A stretch of 64,000 bases of DNA from Azolla caroliniana. Taxonomy: Eukaryota > Plantae > Polypodiophyta. Position 1 is the first letter of the stretch, and each line of letters opens with the position of its first letter. The notes beneath the pieces are model-generated. The model saw nothing but the letters and a program-made list of their open reading frames with translations, was not told the origin of the DNA and did not search any database. The stretch lies in the NCBI GenBank assembly GCA_043228905.1, contig JBHGNT010000012.1, positions 11,098,001 through 11,162,000 of the forward strand, given 5' to 3'. The position numbers and the translations under genes were made by a program. Of the stretch, positions 48,804-62,740 are shown in pieces.

Positions 48804-51800
48804 CTTGAGAAATCCAGGTGTTGTGTGACAATACCATGCAATATGAGCTCTGTAGAATACACTCTAAAGCCTGCATAATCAAACCTTCCATTATAACCAT
48901 ATCAAACCATATTTACAGATAACAAAGCTACCAAAATCATATAATCAAAGTACTCAAAGTAAAGGAAAACACAGCAGCAAATTGTTTTTAAAAATATCTA
49001 CTCCAAACCAGAATGATATAATTACTTAAGTCAACTACCATATCTAGAATTTAGAGATAAATTTGAACTATATGCATCACAATACCATTCTCTAGGAACT
49101 GAAGGCAATAATCATAATCCTTATCATCTGCAATTACAAGCTTTCCCCCTTGGCTGGCATCTGATTGGAGAAATTCTAAAGTATTTTGGACAACCTGTAA
49201 CCATTTCGAGCACATTACAAAACATACACCGAGAAGCTTCAGCAAAAACGAGCACAAACTATGATATATCTGTCACCACTTGAAATTTCACACAAATCAT
49301 CAAAAAGGAAAACTTAAAATCACGCGATGACACAATAGAATTGGTTAACCAAATGGATACATATGTGAAATGCTTGCTGACAAACACTCTTAAAGAGTGT
49401 TGTTCTCCAATGTTGAATGAACACAGAACATTGTAGAGTATGATGACATCAGGCAGACATTAAATATATGATATAGACTTATTGAATAAGAATAACACTA
49501 AGACAGGTGAGCTATAGCAAAGCACGATGGAGATTAAACAAGCCGAGATGCATGGACCTTATTCAGAAAGAATCTGACACCTTTATTTCTATGTTTAACA
49601 ATGAAATGTTATATGGAATATGATATCATTAATAACGCATCATTATAATCTTTTACCACCTCATAAGCTGATAAATTGCGACAACAATGACACTCAATGT
49701 TTCCGATATAAATGCTAACGTGAGGTCATACAATGATTGTGCTGAGCAATGTTTTGGAAACAACAAATGGATCCAATTATCTAGCATTTAGTTATTGACT
49801 TATGAATATGCAGTACTGATATAACAAGTGTCTGCACATACCTTACCACCAGCAGTTTCAATTATTTCTTTCATAGCCTCAGGATCAGGAGTTGTATTTG
49901 GAGTCACAACAATGTCAAGGCCCTGAAATAAAAACAAAAAGGAAATGTGAGGATATTAAATTAGTGAGACTTCATTTGCATGTTTCTTTTACTTTTTAAA
50001 ATTGTAGGAAAACAAAAATGAAATGGGCAACCTTTACTTCTAGATTTTCCACTCAAACATAAGTCTAACCACAGTTTAGTGACTTCATATTTATATTCAA
50101 GATTATTCACATTTTTAGTAAACCACAGCAACTTTGTGACAAGTTCTCATTTTGTTCTATAAATGGGATTCCCTACAAATCAGAGCTGTGATGTTTCAAT
50201 CTGCCTCATGAAACCCTAATTATAGTTCTTTGGATGCAAACCCTATTCTTTACTTGCAGACAATTCCTAATTTAAAAAAGAACAGAAATGTTGGTGCATA
50301 ACAGTAAATTACAAGAGAAATAAGCCATGATTTAAATAAATGTCTTGCTCAAAATGTGATGAACTCTCATTTATTATAGCTTTTCTGCCTTCGATTTTCT
50401 ATGTTTGCGGGTTTTCCTTTTTATTCTCTGCTTCAACCATAAGAATTCTTTTGCACAGAATCATGCCTTGTGTCGGTCCTTCCTTTAATAGCACATTGCA
50501 GGCTCTAATGTTACCTTGCTATTTTCTAGTCTGATTCTTCTAGCTACAGGAGGATCATATTGAGTCACATAGATTCTGCTTTGAGATTTGTTTTATATTG
50601 AAATCATCTTTATTTCAATCTGAATTTTACAAACCAACTATTTTCTATATCATAATGGCCCATCTTCTCCTCTATGCATTTTTGAGTTTTCACCATTATC
50701 TCATGGATACCTTCAGAAGTGGCTTGCGGCGGGCTGCAGCTAGTGATGAGTGCATAGAGAAACCCAACTCTTTCTCTTTTTTCTCATCCCGCAAAATAAA
50801 GTTTTGTTCATCCACAAAGTAATGAACCTGACTGCAGCTCTCCAACCATTGGGGTGTTGCAACCACTTTTCCAGAAGCCATGCTTACTAGCATATTCCTT
50901 GTTCGAACAAAGCTGCAGGAAATAAAATGAGTGCATCCAGAGGCTGATGTTGCAATATGCCCCCCCAGCTTTGTTAGTATCTATAGTTGACAAAGGAAAA
51001 ATATTATCCATGTGTTCAAGCACACACATACTGTAAAAGATTTCCTAGTATCTTTATTGAATCTTATGCTGACCTTCTTTTGGTTTTTGGTTATTTCTTC
51101 AGGCAAACTGTGACTAAACAGCACTCGAATGCAGCTTGGATTTCGCTTTTGCCTCCTTCGTTCGTCCAGAAAAACTGAGCTATCTAAATTTGATACAATT
51201 TCAGAGATAGGGGTTCTTCTGTTTCCTCTTGTATTTGGCTTACTTTTATGTCCTTGACAAGCTTTTTCTGAATTAAGCGTGTCAGTTTTCTTTCCTTTTG
51301 TTTCTTCTTTGTCTTCAGGATGAACCTCTAGCTTTTTTCCACTACCTGTGGGTTTCTGCACAAAATTTTTATTGATAATGTCATTTCTTTCTTTGCATAA
51401 GATTGGAGCTTCAATATCCACGTTTTTCAACTTATTGGAGCGAAGGATTTTACTCTTCGGCAAAGATGCATCACTCTCTGTTTTCTGACATTTGAATGTC
51501 TGAACATTACACTCAGATACAGCCTTCCTTTTCCTCTTACGCTCTACCAGAGTTGTCTCTTCTTTGTTATTAGTGGACATGAGTATCTCAGAATTATACT
51601 TTGTGGCTATAATAGAATTTTCTCTTTTATCATGCATCTTGCTTTTGGCATCTAGAGCTTTTGATCTTGTCTTAGGACCCCTTTTCATCGTGTCTATCTT
51701 CTCCTTTTCCTTTAGAAGGTTTTCTAGAACATCTCCATTTCTGCTGTCGGAACTAACTTTTCTGCCCCCCAGCTTAATTGTTCTTGCAGGTCGTATGCTT

Positions 51801-54134
51801 TCATTCTTTTTCAAATTTTGGGTGGTATCATCACTTAATGAGTTTCTCTTTTTCAAGGTCTTCACAACAGGTTTTTTCACATCTGTTTCCACTATTGCTT
51901 CTCTGGAAGTTTGGATTACACAACCAAGCTCTGATTCATTAGATGCCTTCATATGCTCTGATGGTGTGATTTCAATAATTTCCTTCACTTCAATGACCTT
52001 ATTAGTTTTCTGTTTCTGCAACAATCTAGCTGACAGACGCTCTGATTCAAATGCGTTCTTTTTAGACACAGTTTTTCTTTTGCCATACGAAGCAACTCTA
52101 AGCTTGCGTGAAGGAGACTCTAATCTACTTCTATTTTTAAGTCGTGTAGTTAATAAAGTATGCATTATCAAACCCTGCTCAGCACTAGGTTCCATATTCT
52201 TGACTGATGCTAGTTTTATAGCAGAGGACTGAACAACTGCAGGATAACTAATGGCATTTTCCACTCGAATATTAGGCTCTGCAATTTGTTTATAATTTCC
52301 ATTCTGTTTTATCTTACGAGAACTGAAATGTTTTTTCATACATGCAATTAACTTGGAAGCCCCTACCTGTTTACTATGTTCTTTGTCCTTATCAGAGATA
52401 TCTTTGCCAGCCAAAGGTGATTCTTCTTCTGCTTGGCTATCAATCCAATCAAACACATCCATCTTCTCATGCAATGCCTTCATTTGAGCTGCTTGAGCCA
52501 GAGACTTAAGACCAGACGTACCCAAATGACCTTCTCCAGAAAGAAGCACAGGTTCATTATTCCTTAATGTTTCTTGAGGTGTGCAAGTTACATCAAGCCA
52601 AACCAGTTTATCAACCACATCTAAAGCATTTCTTTGTGACTCCTCACCTGGTTCTTGCGATTCAAGACAAGTCAAATTTGTAGATACATTGATTCCAGAC
52701 GCCAATGACATTGTTTGCTCCAATGGAGACAGATTCATGTGTTTTTTCTGATCTACTTGGAGAGACATGGATTCCACTTTTTCATCACTATTTTCTAGTT
52801 TATAATTTGAGAAAACAGGCATTTCCTCCTTGGAATCAAATACAAGCTTCCGTGCCTTTTGTCTAGACTTTGACTGACTAAACTCAGTGCTCAACCTATT
52901 CAACTTCAGTCTCGATGTAGACATGCGAGGAGAAAATTTATTTGCATTATCAGGTCCCATCGTAATCTTTGGTGGGGTTTGAGTTACAGAGATATCACAT
53001 ACTTGACTTGTATCATGTAAAAGTTCTGTCCCTACAAACTCAAAACTTTGTTTCTCTAATTCATCATTGACACCCTTATGGGTGAATTCATGGGTATTAG
53101 CTGCTGATTCAATTCTATAATCATCCTTACCAGTCCTTAGGAATTCAGTAACAACTTTACTAGATGAACTCGCCCTTGCATTCTCAATAGCTGCCCTCAG
53201 ACCTGATGCACGCAATGAAGCTGCCCTTACAGAACCTATGCTTTTGGGCCTCAAACCAGATGCATACAAAGTAGTTGGTGAATCCTTATCACTGCTATCT
53301 TGAAGTTTTTGTGTACTCGCTAACAACACATTGTTATCTTCCTCATGGTTGTGTAAGTTGATGTCATGAAAGTTGGACTTATGAGGTACATTATTGTCTG
53401 AAATAGTATCTGCATTAAAAGAATAAAAATGAATGCTTGAAAGTATATATGTACAGGAAATTGTATACCTCCATATCTACACAAAACAAACAAAATTAGT
53501 TACCGTTTCTTCCCTTGAATGGAGGCGTGGTAGTTGTTTCAAGGCATGCATTATCAGCATCTTTTCTATGTTCATATTCTTTATATTCGTCTTCTCTTTC
53601 TTCTTCTGTTGTAGCATCGGAATCATATTTAAATATATCAAAGTCATGAACTTTAGTGACGTTTCCACCTCCAAGTTCATTGATCGATTTACTTACATCG
53701 AGCGACCTGTGTTTTCTTGACAAGGACAGATCACTTTTCTCTTTTACGGATTGATCAATTTTTCCTTTTACGAAGAATACATCATTTTTGCTTTGTAAAG
53801 CCAATAAATCCTCATGTTTGAGGGCAGATTGAACATTACTACCACATTCACCATCATCATCGTCATCATCATTGTGAGGGAGAACTTCAGTATCCCCTGA
53901 TCTCTCATCATCATCATCATCATCAACACTATCATTGATCATAGTATCTCCACCACAAATATTTGCTTGAGAATCATGGTGAATCAATTGTGTGAATTCA
54001 CGAATATCAGTAGAATCAGAATCGATTGGTAGGGTTTGGGTTTGGGTTTGGGTTTGGGTTTGGGTTTGAGTTACCTGGCTTCGTGTGCATCTCTTCAGAG
54101 TATTATGAATCCCTCGCGTACCTTTCTTCTCCAT
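48804..54134 (-). CDS. BCP4: Tandem-BRCT DNA-damage mediator, BCP3/BCP4 (plant MDC1-like) family; exons 54134-53504, 53409-51074, 50980-50711, 49922-49842, 49194-49086, 48870-48804 plus an unresolved short last exon
   Basis: GT-AG introns preserve the frame. Family motifs SVRAASLRASGL, SQEPGEESQRNALDVVD and FDW are present, followed by the C-terminal BRCT pair (VLFSHSL...THF...RTRNML...TPQWLESC...YSTELILHGIVTQ). Confidence 0.88.
54026..54072. repeat. (GGGTTT)n hexamer repeat in exon 1 encoding poly-(Thr-Gln)
   Basis: Translates to VTQTQTQTQTQTL. Confidence 0.9.
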
Positions 54135-54289
54135 GGTATCTATCATAAACAAAGCAAAAACAACGAAACCTACCTGCGTTCGTCAGTGAACAGCAAGAAA
54201 AGCTCGAAGAGGAGGAGGGGAAAGGATTTGAAAGAAGAAATAGAAAGGCCAGTCCCAGTCCCACACCCACTGGGCCACTAGTAAGAAAG

Positions 54290-54349
54290 TACATACACAT
54301 ACATACATACATACATACATACATACATACATACATGGATGCATACTAA

Positions 54350-54380
<31 letters not shown>

Positions 54381-54402
54381 CATACATAGTGTAGTGTAGT
54401 GT
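54290..54402. repeat. (TACA)n and (TAGTG)n microsatellites upstream of the BRCT gene start
   Basis: Directly visible in the sequence. Confidence 0.9.
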
Positions 54403-54569
54403 AGAGAAGGAAGGGTTTGCACCCCAAAATCAAGCACGCGACGTGTCTATTTGCACCCCATAATCAAATGATAAAGAGGCCGGCCGCTTGGTGAGGGAAT
54501 CATAAACGACGGTGCAAGACGCTTAGCTAAAAGGCGCATGCCATCTACACTACCAGTTGTCACCCGACC

Positions 54570-55560
54570 CGTCATTATCCAAACGCCCTACTCGCACCCT
54601 TCACACACCGCGCTCCTTCGTAGATGCCCTACCCCTACTCACACCTTGCAAACACCCAACTCATACTAGGAAGGTGCCCTACTCACACCTTGCCGACACC
54701 CTACTCCACAGAGGACGCCCTACTTATAATTACACAAACACCCTACTCCGTACAAAACACCCTACTTATATTAGTAAGACACCCTGCTCCACTTCGTAGA
54801 AGACACCCTACCCTACTTACGATTATTCAGACACCCTAGATGCCCTACTTATAATTATTGGGACATCTGATTTACCAGGGTTTAGGGTATAAAACCAAGC
54901 GCGTGTCAATGTTTCGACATTTTTCAAATCAAAGATTGTGCTATTTGGAGGGATTTTTGACAATCATCCATGTGCAACATTACGATCAACATCGTCACCC
55001 TCATTACGATCAACATTGCCACTTGCAAATCATTCAGGTATGTATTTTATTGCAGCCTTTTGTATTTTGCTATTTGAGTAAGTATTTTGAAATATTCGGG
55101 TTTTGTGTTTTCCAAATCGAAAAATGTTCAATGAGTTAGGGTTTTCTGTTAAAATGTTGAAATGGGTTGCATAACTTTATTAAACTTGTTTACATGTTAA
55201 AATGGATTGTTAAATTGGAAGTTAAAAATGCATTGTTAAAATGGATTAGGTTTAGGGCTTGTTAAAATGGATTGTACATATTTAAATAATCTTGAAAATG
55301 TGAAGATCATAAATGTGGCTTTTCCAATCCAATCTCAACGAACATGTTGACATTAGTTAGGCATAATTCCAATGAAATAATGTTAAAACGTTAAAATGGC
55401 ACAATGTTAAAATGGAAGTTAAAATGGATTTGGTTTAGGGTTTGTTAAAATGGATTTTCTAAATTTAAATAAGAATGAAAATGTGAATGATAACAAGTGT
55501 GGCTTTTCCAATCCAATCTTCAAGAACATGTTGACATTGGTTTATGTTTTCGGGGGTTAA
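54570..55560. repeat. Degenerate short-motif array (CACCCTACT; GTTAAAATGG) with a ~150-bp duplication, possibly a DNA-transposon end
   Basis: About 10 CCCTAC motifs at 54585-54850, and a duplicated block at ~55190-55360 / 55405-55545. Confidence 0.5.
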
Positions 55561-56141
55561 GGGTTAACATATTTGGTTACATATTTGGCATACGTCCAAT
55601 CTAGTAGACGTATATGAACATTTGTATACGTTCACGTATAATACGCGATATTCGTTTCGTTTCGTTTTCTTTAATGAGAAAGAGGTCACACGAACAATTT
55701 AGGCTCCTCTTGCTGCGTTTAGAGAAAATACTAATTGTGGCTAGGATCAAGGGGCGGTTGAGATGTGGGATTAGTTAATTAAGTGCTTTTAATGAGCTAA
55801 AAGCTCTGGATCAATGCAAGAAATCAAAGACAGAACTGTAATCAGATGTGGGTTCTGGTAATGACGAAGTGCCTTTTAATGGGCTGAAAGCTCAAGAACA
55901 AAGAGAGACCTATAATTAAGGGGTAAATGATGATCAATGAGATAATTAGGATAATTAATGAGGTGATCAGGAGATTGTGCAGGTGATTAAGAGTTTTAAT
56001 CGGCTAGTAAAATGCATAGGAATTTGAGCTACACTCTCTATACACAGAATCGCCATGGAAAGAAAAAGAGCTTAAATACAAATAGTAAAAGCAAAGTGGC
56101 ATACACACACAAATATATATATATATATTTCTTTTTCCTAA

Positions 56142-56338
56142 GAATGAGCTCTAATGGGTGCTTGCCAGTTGCTTTTTCTTGTGAATGACCTCTAATGGGT
56201 GCTTGCTAGTTGCTTTTTCTTGAGAATGAGTTGTAATGGGTGCTTGCCCGTTGCTTTTTCTTGAGAATGAACTCTCTAATAGGTGCTTGCCAAGTTGCCT
56301 TTTCCTAAGAATGACCTCTAATGGGTGCTTGCCAGTTG
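56142..56338. repeat. ~39-bp minisatellite, 5 copies
   Basis: GAATGACCTCTAATGGGTGCTTGCCAGTTGCTTTTTCTT repeated. Confidence 0.88.
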
Positions 56339-57324
56339 TGACTTTATAAGCATTTAGTTTTTTTTTGTAATGTAGAGAAAAAAGCTTTGATAATGGCATA
56401 TGTGTGCAATATAAACTATATATATTTTCTTCATAATTATATTGGCTTTGTTTCCTTAGACACTAAATAGAATCTTTTTTTGTACAAATGGATTTCAATC
56501 ATACTTGGAGCCATTTCATGTATGAGTATGATACGAATATTCACGTATGAGTATGGCATGAATAACTAGAACTATGCATATTGCTTGACATAGATTGTTG
56601 TGAAGTCCAAAGACTTCAAAATGGAAGATGTTGACCTCATGTGAACATATTCTATTGTTTAAGGGGAATTATGTTGACTCGCTTCTCAAACCAAGTAACC
56701 ACTGGTAGCTAATTTGACACTTTCAAGTGAGTTGGAGGGTGCCCTTTATAATTAACATGGTTTTACACAACCTAAAAACTTCCAGAACATGGGTATGCAT
56801 TTCATTCTGAAGGGAGGTATGTCACTTCCTCATACTTGCTTTGGAACAAAAATTATGCATGTGCGCTAACTTTTGTTTTGGACTTAGGGTTTTTGTTAGA
56901 AGGGGTCAAGAAAGAACACATCCACGAAGATGGAGGCTCGAAACAACATGGAGACGGCAATGACAGTTTGAAGCCTTCAGTTGGACCTCATGCCAAAACA
57001 TGCCTAGTTGAGGAGGTATGTATATACCTTCCTTGAAAGATTCTAATGCATATGTCCTATTAGATGTACTTGCCCATGCTTCCTCTTCAAGTGTGGTTGA
57101 GATTCAATGGGGATCAAATCTCGATCATGTATAGTGCACAGGTCATGTCGGCAAGAGGAATGGTGGTTTAGGAATAAATCAAAGACGGAGGCACATTTTC
57201 AGAAGGTATAATGTACATAGTATCAATGTAGTGCTTCCAAGAGGCCTTCAGATAGAGGAAGATGAGCAAACAACTCTAGGAAGAATGATGGCGTGACATG
57301 GTCTCTATCAACGTGTATTACGGA

Positions 57325-57930
57325 GTATTTTATCCACCCCTTTTCTTTTCTTTTTTAAGCCAAGGGAATAATAAAATAATTGAATTCTAAAATAGACGCC
57401 TCTCTTTCCTCTATAAGAAGGGAATATTTTATTCACCCCTTTTCTTTTCTTTTTTAAGCCAAGGGAATAATAAAAGAATTGAATTCTAAAATAGACGCCT
57501 CTCTTTCCTCTATAAGAAGGGAAGAAGAGGGTTTATTTCAAGGTCACCCATTTTGCCTGAAGGGTGTACCATTTAGGGTTTGAGAGACTCTCTTTCTCCT
57601 TCTTCTTGGGTTAGGGTTTGAGAGCTTCTTTTTTCTCCTTTTCTTCATTTTTCCTCAACATACTAGAGGACTCAAAGGTTTAGGGTTTCTAGGATCCTTG
57701 TGAGCATCTAGGGTTTTTCTTTTCGCATGGGTTTAGGGTTGTGAGTTTTGGTTTCCTCTCTCTTCTTACTTGAGAGTTTTTTGGGTTAAGGCTCCTTCTA
57801 TAACTGCTTCTTCGACATCTCTGTGGTGGTCAACTCGATGGCTCGGTTGTCTTCTCCACAATGGGCTAACTCGATGGCTGGTTGCGGAAGGGAGGTTGTA
57901 GTGCCATGAGAGCTACTATATCAAGACAAC
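57325..57930 (+). mobile_element. LTR remnant related to the Trp-primed family, with a ~100-bp tandem duplication that includes the TATA box
   Basis: CTATAAGAAGGGAAG...GGTCACCCATTTTG...TACCATTTAGG matches the context at 21255-21325 and 24560-24630. The duplication spans ~57325-57425 / 57425-57522. Boundaries are uncertain. Confidence 0.6.
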
Positions 57931-57964
57931 GTAGCTGTTGGAGATGTCATGATATGGCATGGTA

Positions 57965-58029
57965 TGGCTCCGAAAGGATTTGAACCCATGACCTTGTATT
58001 ACAAGGGTTGAATCCTTACCATTAAACCA
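57965..58029 (-). ncRNA. tRNA-derived A/B-box cassette inside LTR U3
   Basis: Minus strand reads TGGTTTAATGG, 32 nt, GGTTCAAATCC...GCCA. Confidence 0.55.
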
Positions 58030-59247
58030 TGCATTGTAATATGAAAGTTATTATTTTCATTTATTATTTCACAATAGAAAATTCATGTATATTCTAGATT
58101 ACTCTAGAACATTCTAGAAACTTCGGGAGTACTCCTGACAATACTATAAATAGAGGCACATGGCATCATTCAGAACCAATTCGGTTCAATGCTAGTCTTA
58201 AGCCTCCTAGTTGTTCTTGTATCTTTCTTCATATAATATACTTCTTGTTGTCATCACTCTCTCCCTCTCTCTCTTTCTTCCCCTCTCGTGATTCTCACAC
58301 ACTCTTTCCCTTCTTAGTACTAATCCTCATTCTTCTCCTCTATCTTTAGTACTAATTCTCTTTGAGCCTCTAGTACTGTCCCTGACAGTGTGAACCGAAT
58401 TTCTCATCTTCTTATCCCGCCTTCCCTTCATACTAATCCTTTTATCCTTCCTTCCTCCAATACTAAATGGCGACTGTTAGCGCTCAAGAATACCAATCCG
58501 TTTTCTCGGAGCTCCAATGCTTAAAAGAAAAGTTTGTAGCATTGGAACAAGAAAATCATCGTTTGTTTGGGGGTCTTCAACAAATAGCTCGATGGAACAC
58601 GATCACAGTTTAGAGGATTTCTTAATCATGTATGTTTGGTGATTCCAATGCATCCTTCTTGATATCCCATTGATGCATCACGAGTGGAACTAGTAGGCAC
58701 GCTACTTAGTGGCACAACTTTGGCATGGTTCACCTCTTTGTTAGAAAAAGATTCTCCTTTGTTAAATAAATTTGAGGAGTTTATTAGCGAGTTTAAAACA
58801 TGTTTTGGAGATACTGATAGAGTTAGGACGACAATCAACAAAATCCGAAGACTGTGTCAATGTGATCGGCCGGCCTCAACTTATGCCGCGGATTTCCGTC
58901 TTCTCGCCATCGATATTCCCTGGGATGACCAAGCATTGATGGAGCAATTTCACTCTGGCCTACATAATGACGTCAAGGATTTACTCTTGACTTTCCCCAA
59001 AGAACCAAAGTCGTTCACAGAAGCAATCAATCGAGCGGTACGATGCGATAACCGGCTTTTCGAATGACGTTCGGAATGATAGTTCCAAATGCCAAGGACA
59101 AGATCAGAGGCCACCTACGCCTCAGTTGTAGCAAAACCTTTTCCAAGGGAGTCATATAATGCGTCTCCGGAAAATACTCCAACGCCAATGGAAATTGACA
59201 CCACACGTCATCGTGGATCATTATCGGAAGAGGAAAAGCAATGACAC

Positions 59248-60033
59248 TGTTGGGAGACAGGTCCCTCCGGATGGGAAGGGAGAAGAACAGTGCCGATGAA
59301 CAAACTCAGCCGAGGCCGAAACCGGATGAGGAGTACCTGGCTACGGAGAGCCGGATGGTACAGACCCGGTGAAGACCGGATGAGGAGTACCCGGCTACGG
59401 AGAGCCGGATGGTACAGACCCGGTGAAGACCGGATGAGGAGTACCCGGCTACGGAGAGCCGGATGGTACAGACCTGGTGAAGACCGGATGAGGAGTACCC
59501 GGCTACGGAGAGCCGGATGGTACAGACCCGGTGAAGACCGGATGAGGAGTACTCGGCTACGGAGAGTCGGATTGTGCAGACCCGGTGAGAATCGGATGAA
59601 GAGACATATTCGTAAATATGTTTCTGAAAGTCCATCGTGGCTATATTTGTAAATAGCCGAAAAGTCATATTAGTATAAATATGACTTAGGGCAAACTTTT
59701 GTTGTTGTTGTTGTTACTGTTGTATGCGCGAGATCAGAGCGCGTAACTGTGTACAGAGAGAGTGAGAGAGAGGAAGAGGTCGTTGCCTCAGTTGTAAGAT
59801 CGTGAGCACGAGGTCGTTGCCTCCGTGAACTCACTGTTGTACATTCTAACATAGTGATAGTTTGCAGCCTGTGGGCTGCTGTGGTTTTTCCCTTAGTTTG
59901 GGTTTTCCACGTAAACATCCTGTGTACTCTTCTCTTCTTTGTGTCGTGCATTCTTTATTTCCCGTTTTCTGTGTATGATTCTAAGCTCGGTTGTGGCCGA
60001 GCGCTGCGCATAAGGAACGAGTAGCTCCCGTCA
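59248..60033 (+). mobile_element. Copia solo LTR (family of 34264-39899) inserted in the chromovirus gag
   Basis: TG...CA termini, 5-bp TSD GACAC and the 54-bp array. Confidence 0.93.
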
Positions 60034-62740
60034 GACACCGAACAAACCGACTATGTCTTTATTGTGGTGGACCGAGGCATATTGCAGTGAATTGTCCCCA
60101 TAGGCCAAGAAGACAGGTAAATCAAATAGCCATTAGTACTAATAATACTAAACTCGAGTCTATTCCATTAGGAGTGTATGATAGTCCTAATAGCCCAAGC
60201 CTATCAAACAAATTTGAAGTCCTTAGTAAACTAGAACAAGAGTTAAACGACTAAGTCCAACCAAAATAGGAGCCGTTTAGTTGGACATCCCTAGATCTGT
60301 GCAACAGATTAGTGGTTCCATTCCCTCTAATCAAGTTAGCAATGTCTTCCTAGCTCAAGTAGCAATTAGTACTAAAAGTAACCCTCTAGTACATGTCTTA
60401 GCACTCCTAGATTCCGGAGCCAAATCTTGCTTCATGGATAAGAATTTTGCCCAAGCTCATCAGATATCCCTATGAAAACTCCCTTGCCCAACTTCTGTAG
60501 TAGTCATTGATGGTCGCCCCATTGCGTCTGAAAATATCATAGAAGTGTTAGAGCCGATTAGTGTTGTCCTAAATAATTTGGTGTGTGTGGTATCATTTAA
60601 TATAATTAGTAGTCCATAACATCCAATTGTTTTGGGGTTACCATGGTTTGGATTACACAATCTGAGCATAGATTGGAGAACAAGAGAAATCAGGTATCGA
60701 CAAATCTCAAGAATCTACTTGACACAAGATTTCAACCATTTCGCCACATCAATTGTGTGAAGAAGGACGCAAGGAATCAATATTTGTATTCGCAGTATCA
60801 GTGAAACCTTCCAACACCGCTAAGGAGGAGTCAACAATTCAACTTCCAAAGAAGTATCATCATTACCCCGACGTTTTTGATAAGGTAAAAGCTTGTACTC
60901 TTCCTCACCAATGACCGAATGATTGTCCCATTGATTTACAACCAAGTAAAAAGCCATCGTGGGGACTGATCTATAACTTGTCACCAACCGAACTTGAAGT
61001 TCTTTGAGCCTACATAGAGGAAATTTTGGCAAACGGGTTCATTTGACATTTGAAATCTCTAGCTGGTGCACCTATTTTCTTCGTCAAGAAAAAAGATGGC
61101 TCACTTTGTCTAGTCATGGGTTACCGTGGCATGAATAAGGTCACCATCAGGAATAGGTATGAACTTCCCCTGATCTTGAGTCTTTTAGAAAGGATGAATG
61201 GCGCAAAGTTTTTCACAAAAATTGACTTACGAGGAGCATATAACCTCGTACAGATTCGACCAAGAGACGAATAGAAGATAACTTTCTGCACCTGATATGG
61301 GCTCTTCGAGTTACGGTTATGCCATTTGGCCTCACCAATGTGCCAATAGTCTTCCAACACATGGAAAATTATATATTTCGAGATCTTTTGGACATCTGTT
61401 TGATCATCTACTTGGATGATCTACTAGTTTATTCAAAGACACATGAGGAACATGATTCTCATGTACTATTAGTACTAAGACGACTACGAGAACATGGTCT
61501 TTATGCAAAGCTGGAAAAGTGTAGTTTTGACTATAACCAGGTGGAATTTCTAGGCATATCTATGGATCCAGCTAAAGTCCAAACTATGTTAGAGTGGCAA
61601 ACTCCATGTTCATTGCGAGATGTGCAATGCATTTTAGGATTTGCAAATTTCTATCGCAAGTTTATACAAGACTACTCAAAGCTTATTTTACCGCTCACAT
61701 AGCTTACAAAGAAGGGACAATCTTTTGTTTGGTCTAAGGAAGAGGGCATGACTTTTGAAGGTCTCAAGAAAGCATTTACATCAGCTCTTGTTCTAGCTCA
61801 TGTTGATCCGCAAAAACCATTTACCATTGAGGCAGACATGTTAGATTTCACCCTCGGTAGTATTTTTTCACAACAAGATGACAATGAGAAGCTACATCCC
61901 GTGGCTTTCCACTCGCGCAAATTTGATGCCGCCGAAATCAACTACGAGATACATGACAAGGAGCTATTAGTGATAGTGGACTCTTTTGCATAATGGAGGA
62001 ATTTTTTAGAAGGATCTCCTCATCAAGTCACTGTATTTAGTGATCACAAGAATCTTGCCTACTTCCAGAATGCTTGCATGTTAAATAGACGACAAGCTCA
62101 GTGGGCTCGGTTCCTCACTCATTTCGACTTCAAGATTACATATTGGCCGGGCAAGCAATAGGGGAAGGCAGATGCATTATCACAATGCTCGTATCTAGCT
62201 CTTCGTCCTGGTGATCCATCCTTCAACAATCAAAAGAAAGTAATCCTGGGTCCAACACGATTTCAAGCAACATGGGTTTTTGACACTCCATTGGATTCTC
62301 ACATTATCGATACCATACATGAAGATTTGAAGACAGATGTTTTTGCTCAAGTTATTCTAGATCAAATCGATCCCTCTCGAGCATCTTGTTCATGGTCATA
62401 CCATTCTACGCTTATACCGGCTATCATCCTCGCCGGTGTGTGTTAGAAACTCCTGAATTACCCACAAATCCTAGTGCAAAGGATCATTTGTAGCGGCTAT
62501 GATGAATTCTGGCAGAACTATCTATCCATCTACGTCGCACCCAACAAACACAGAAGGACTATGCGGATCGACACCGGCTTCCATCCTCTTTTGATATTGG
62601 AGATCGAGTATGGCTATTATGATAACACATCAAGATTACTCGACCATGTGACAAACTGGATTAATGATGTCACTTTTCACCTTGATCTACCTCCGCAACT
62701 ACGGATACATCCGTTATTTCATAGTTCTCTTCTAGAATCA

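Larger units (their letters stand above)
57945..62740 (+). mobile_element. Degraded Tcn1-like chromovirus: 5' LTR 57945-58387, gag (58468-60254, interrupted), pol PR-RT-RH, INT mostly missing
   Basis: High similarity to 13164-17286. LLDSGA, YLDDLL and LHPVAFHSRK motifs, with the INT C-terminal remnant LRIHPLFHSSLLE at ~62700. Confidence 0.9.

Noticed and set aside
51564-52232. 222-aa plus-strand ORF
   Set aside because: Antisense shadow of the Lys-rich exon of the BRCT gene.
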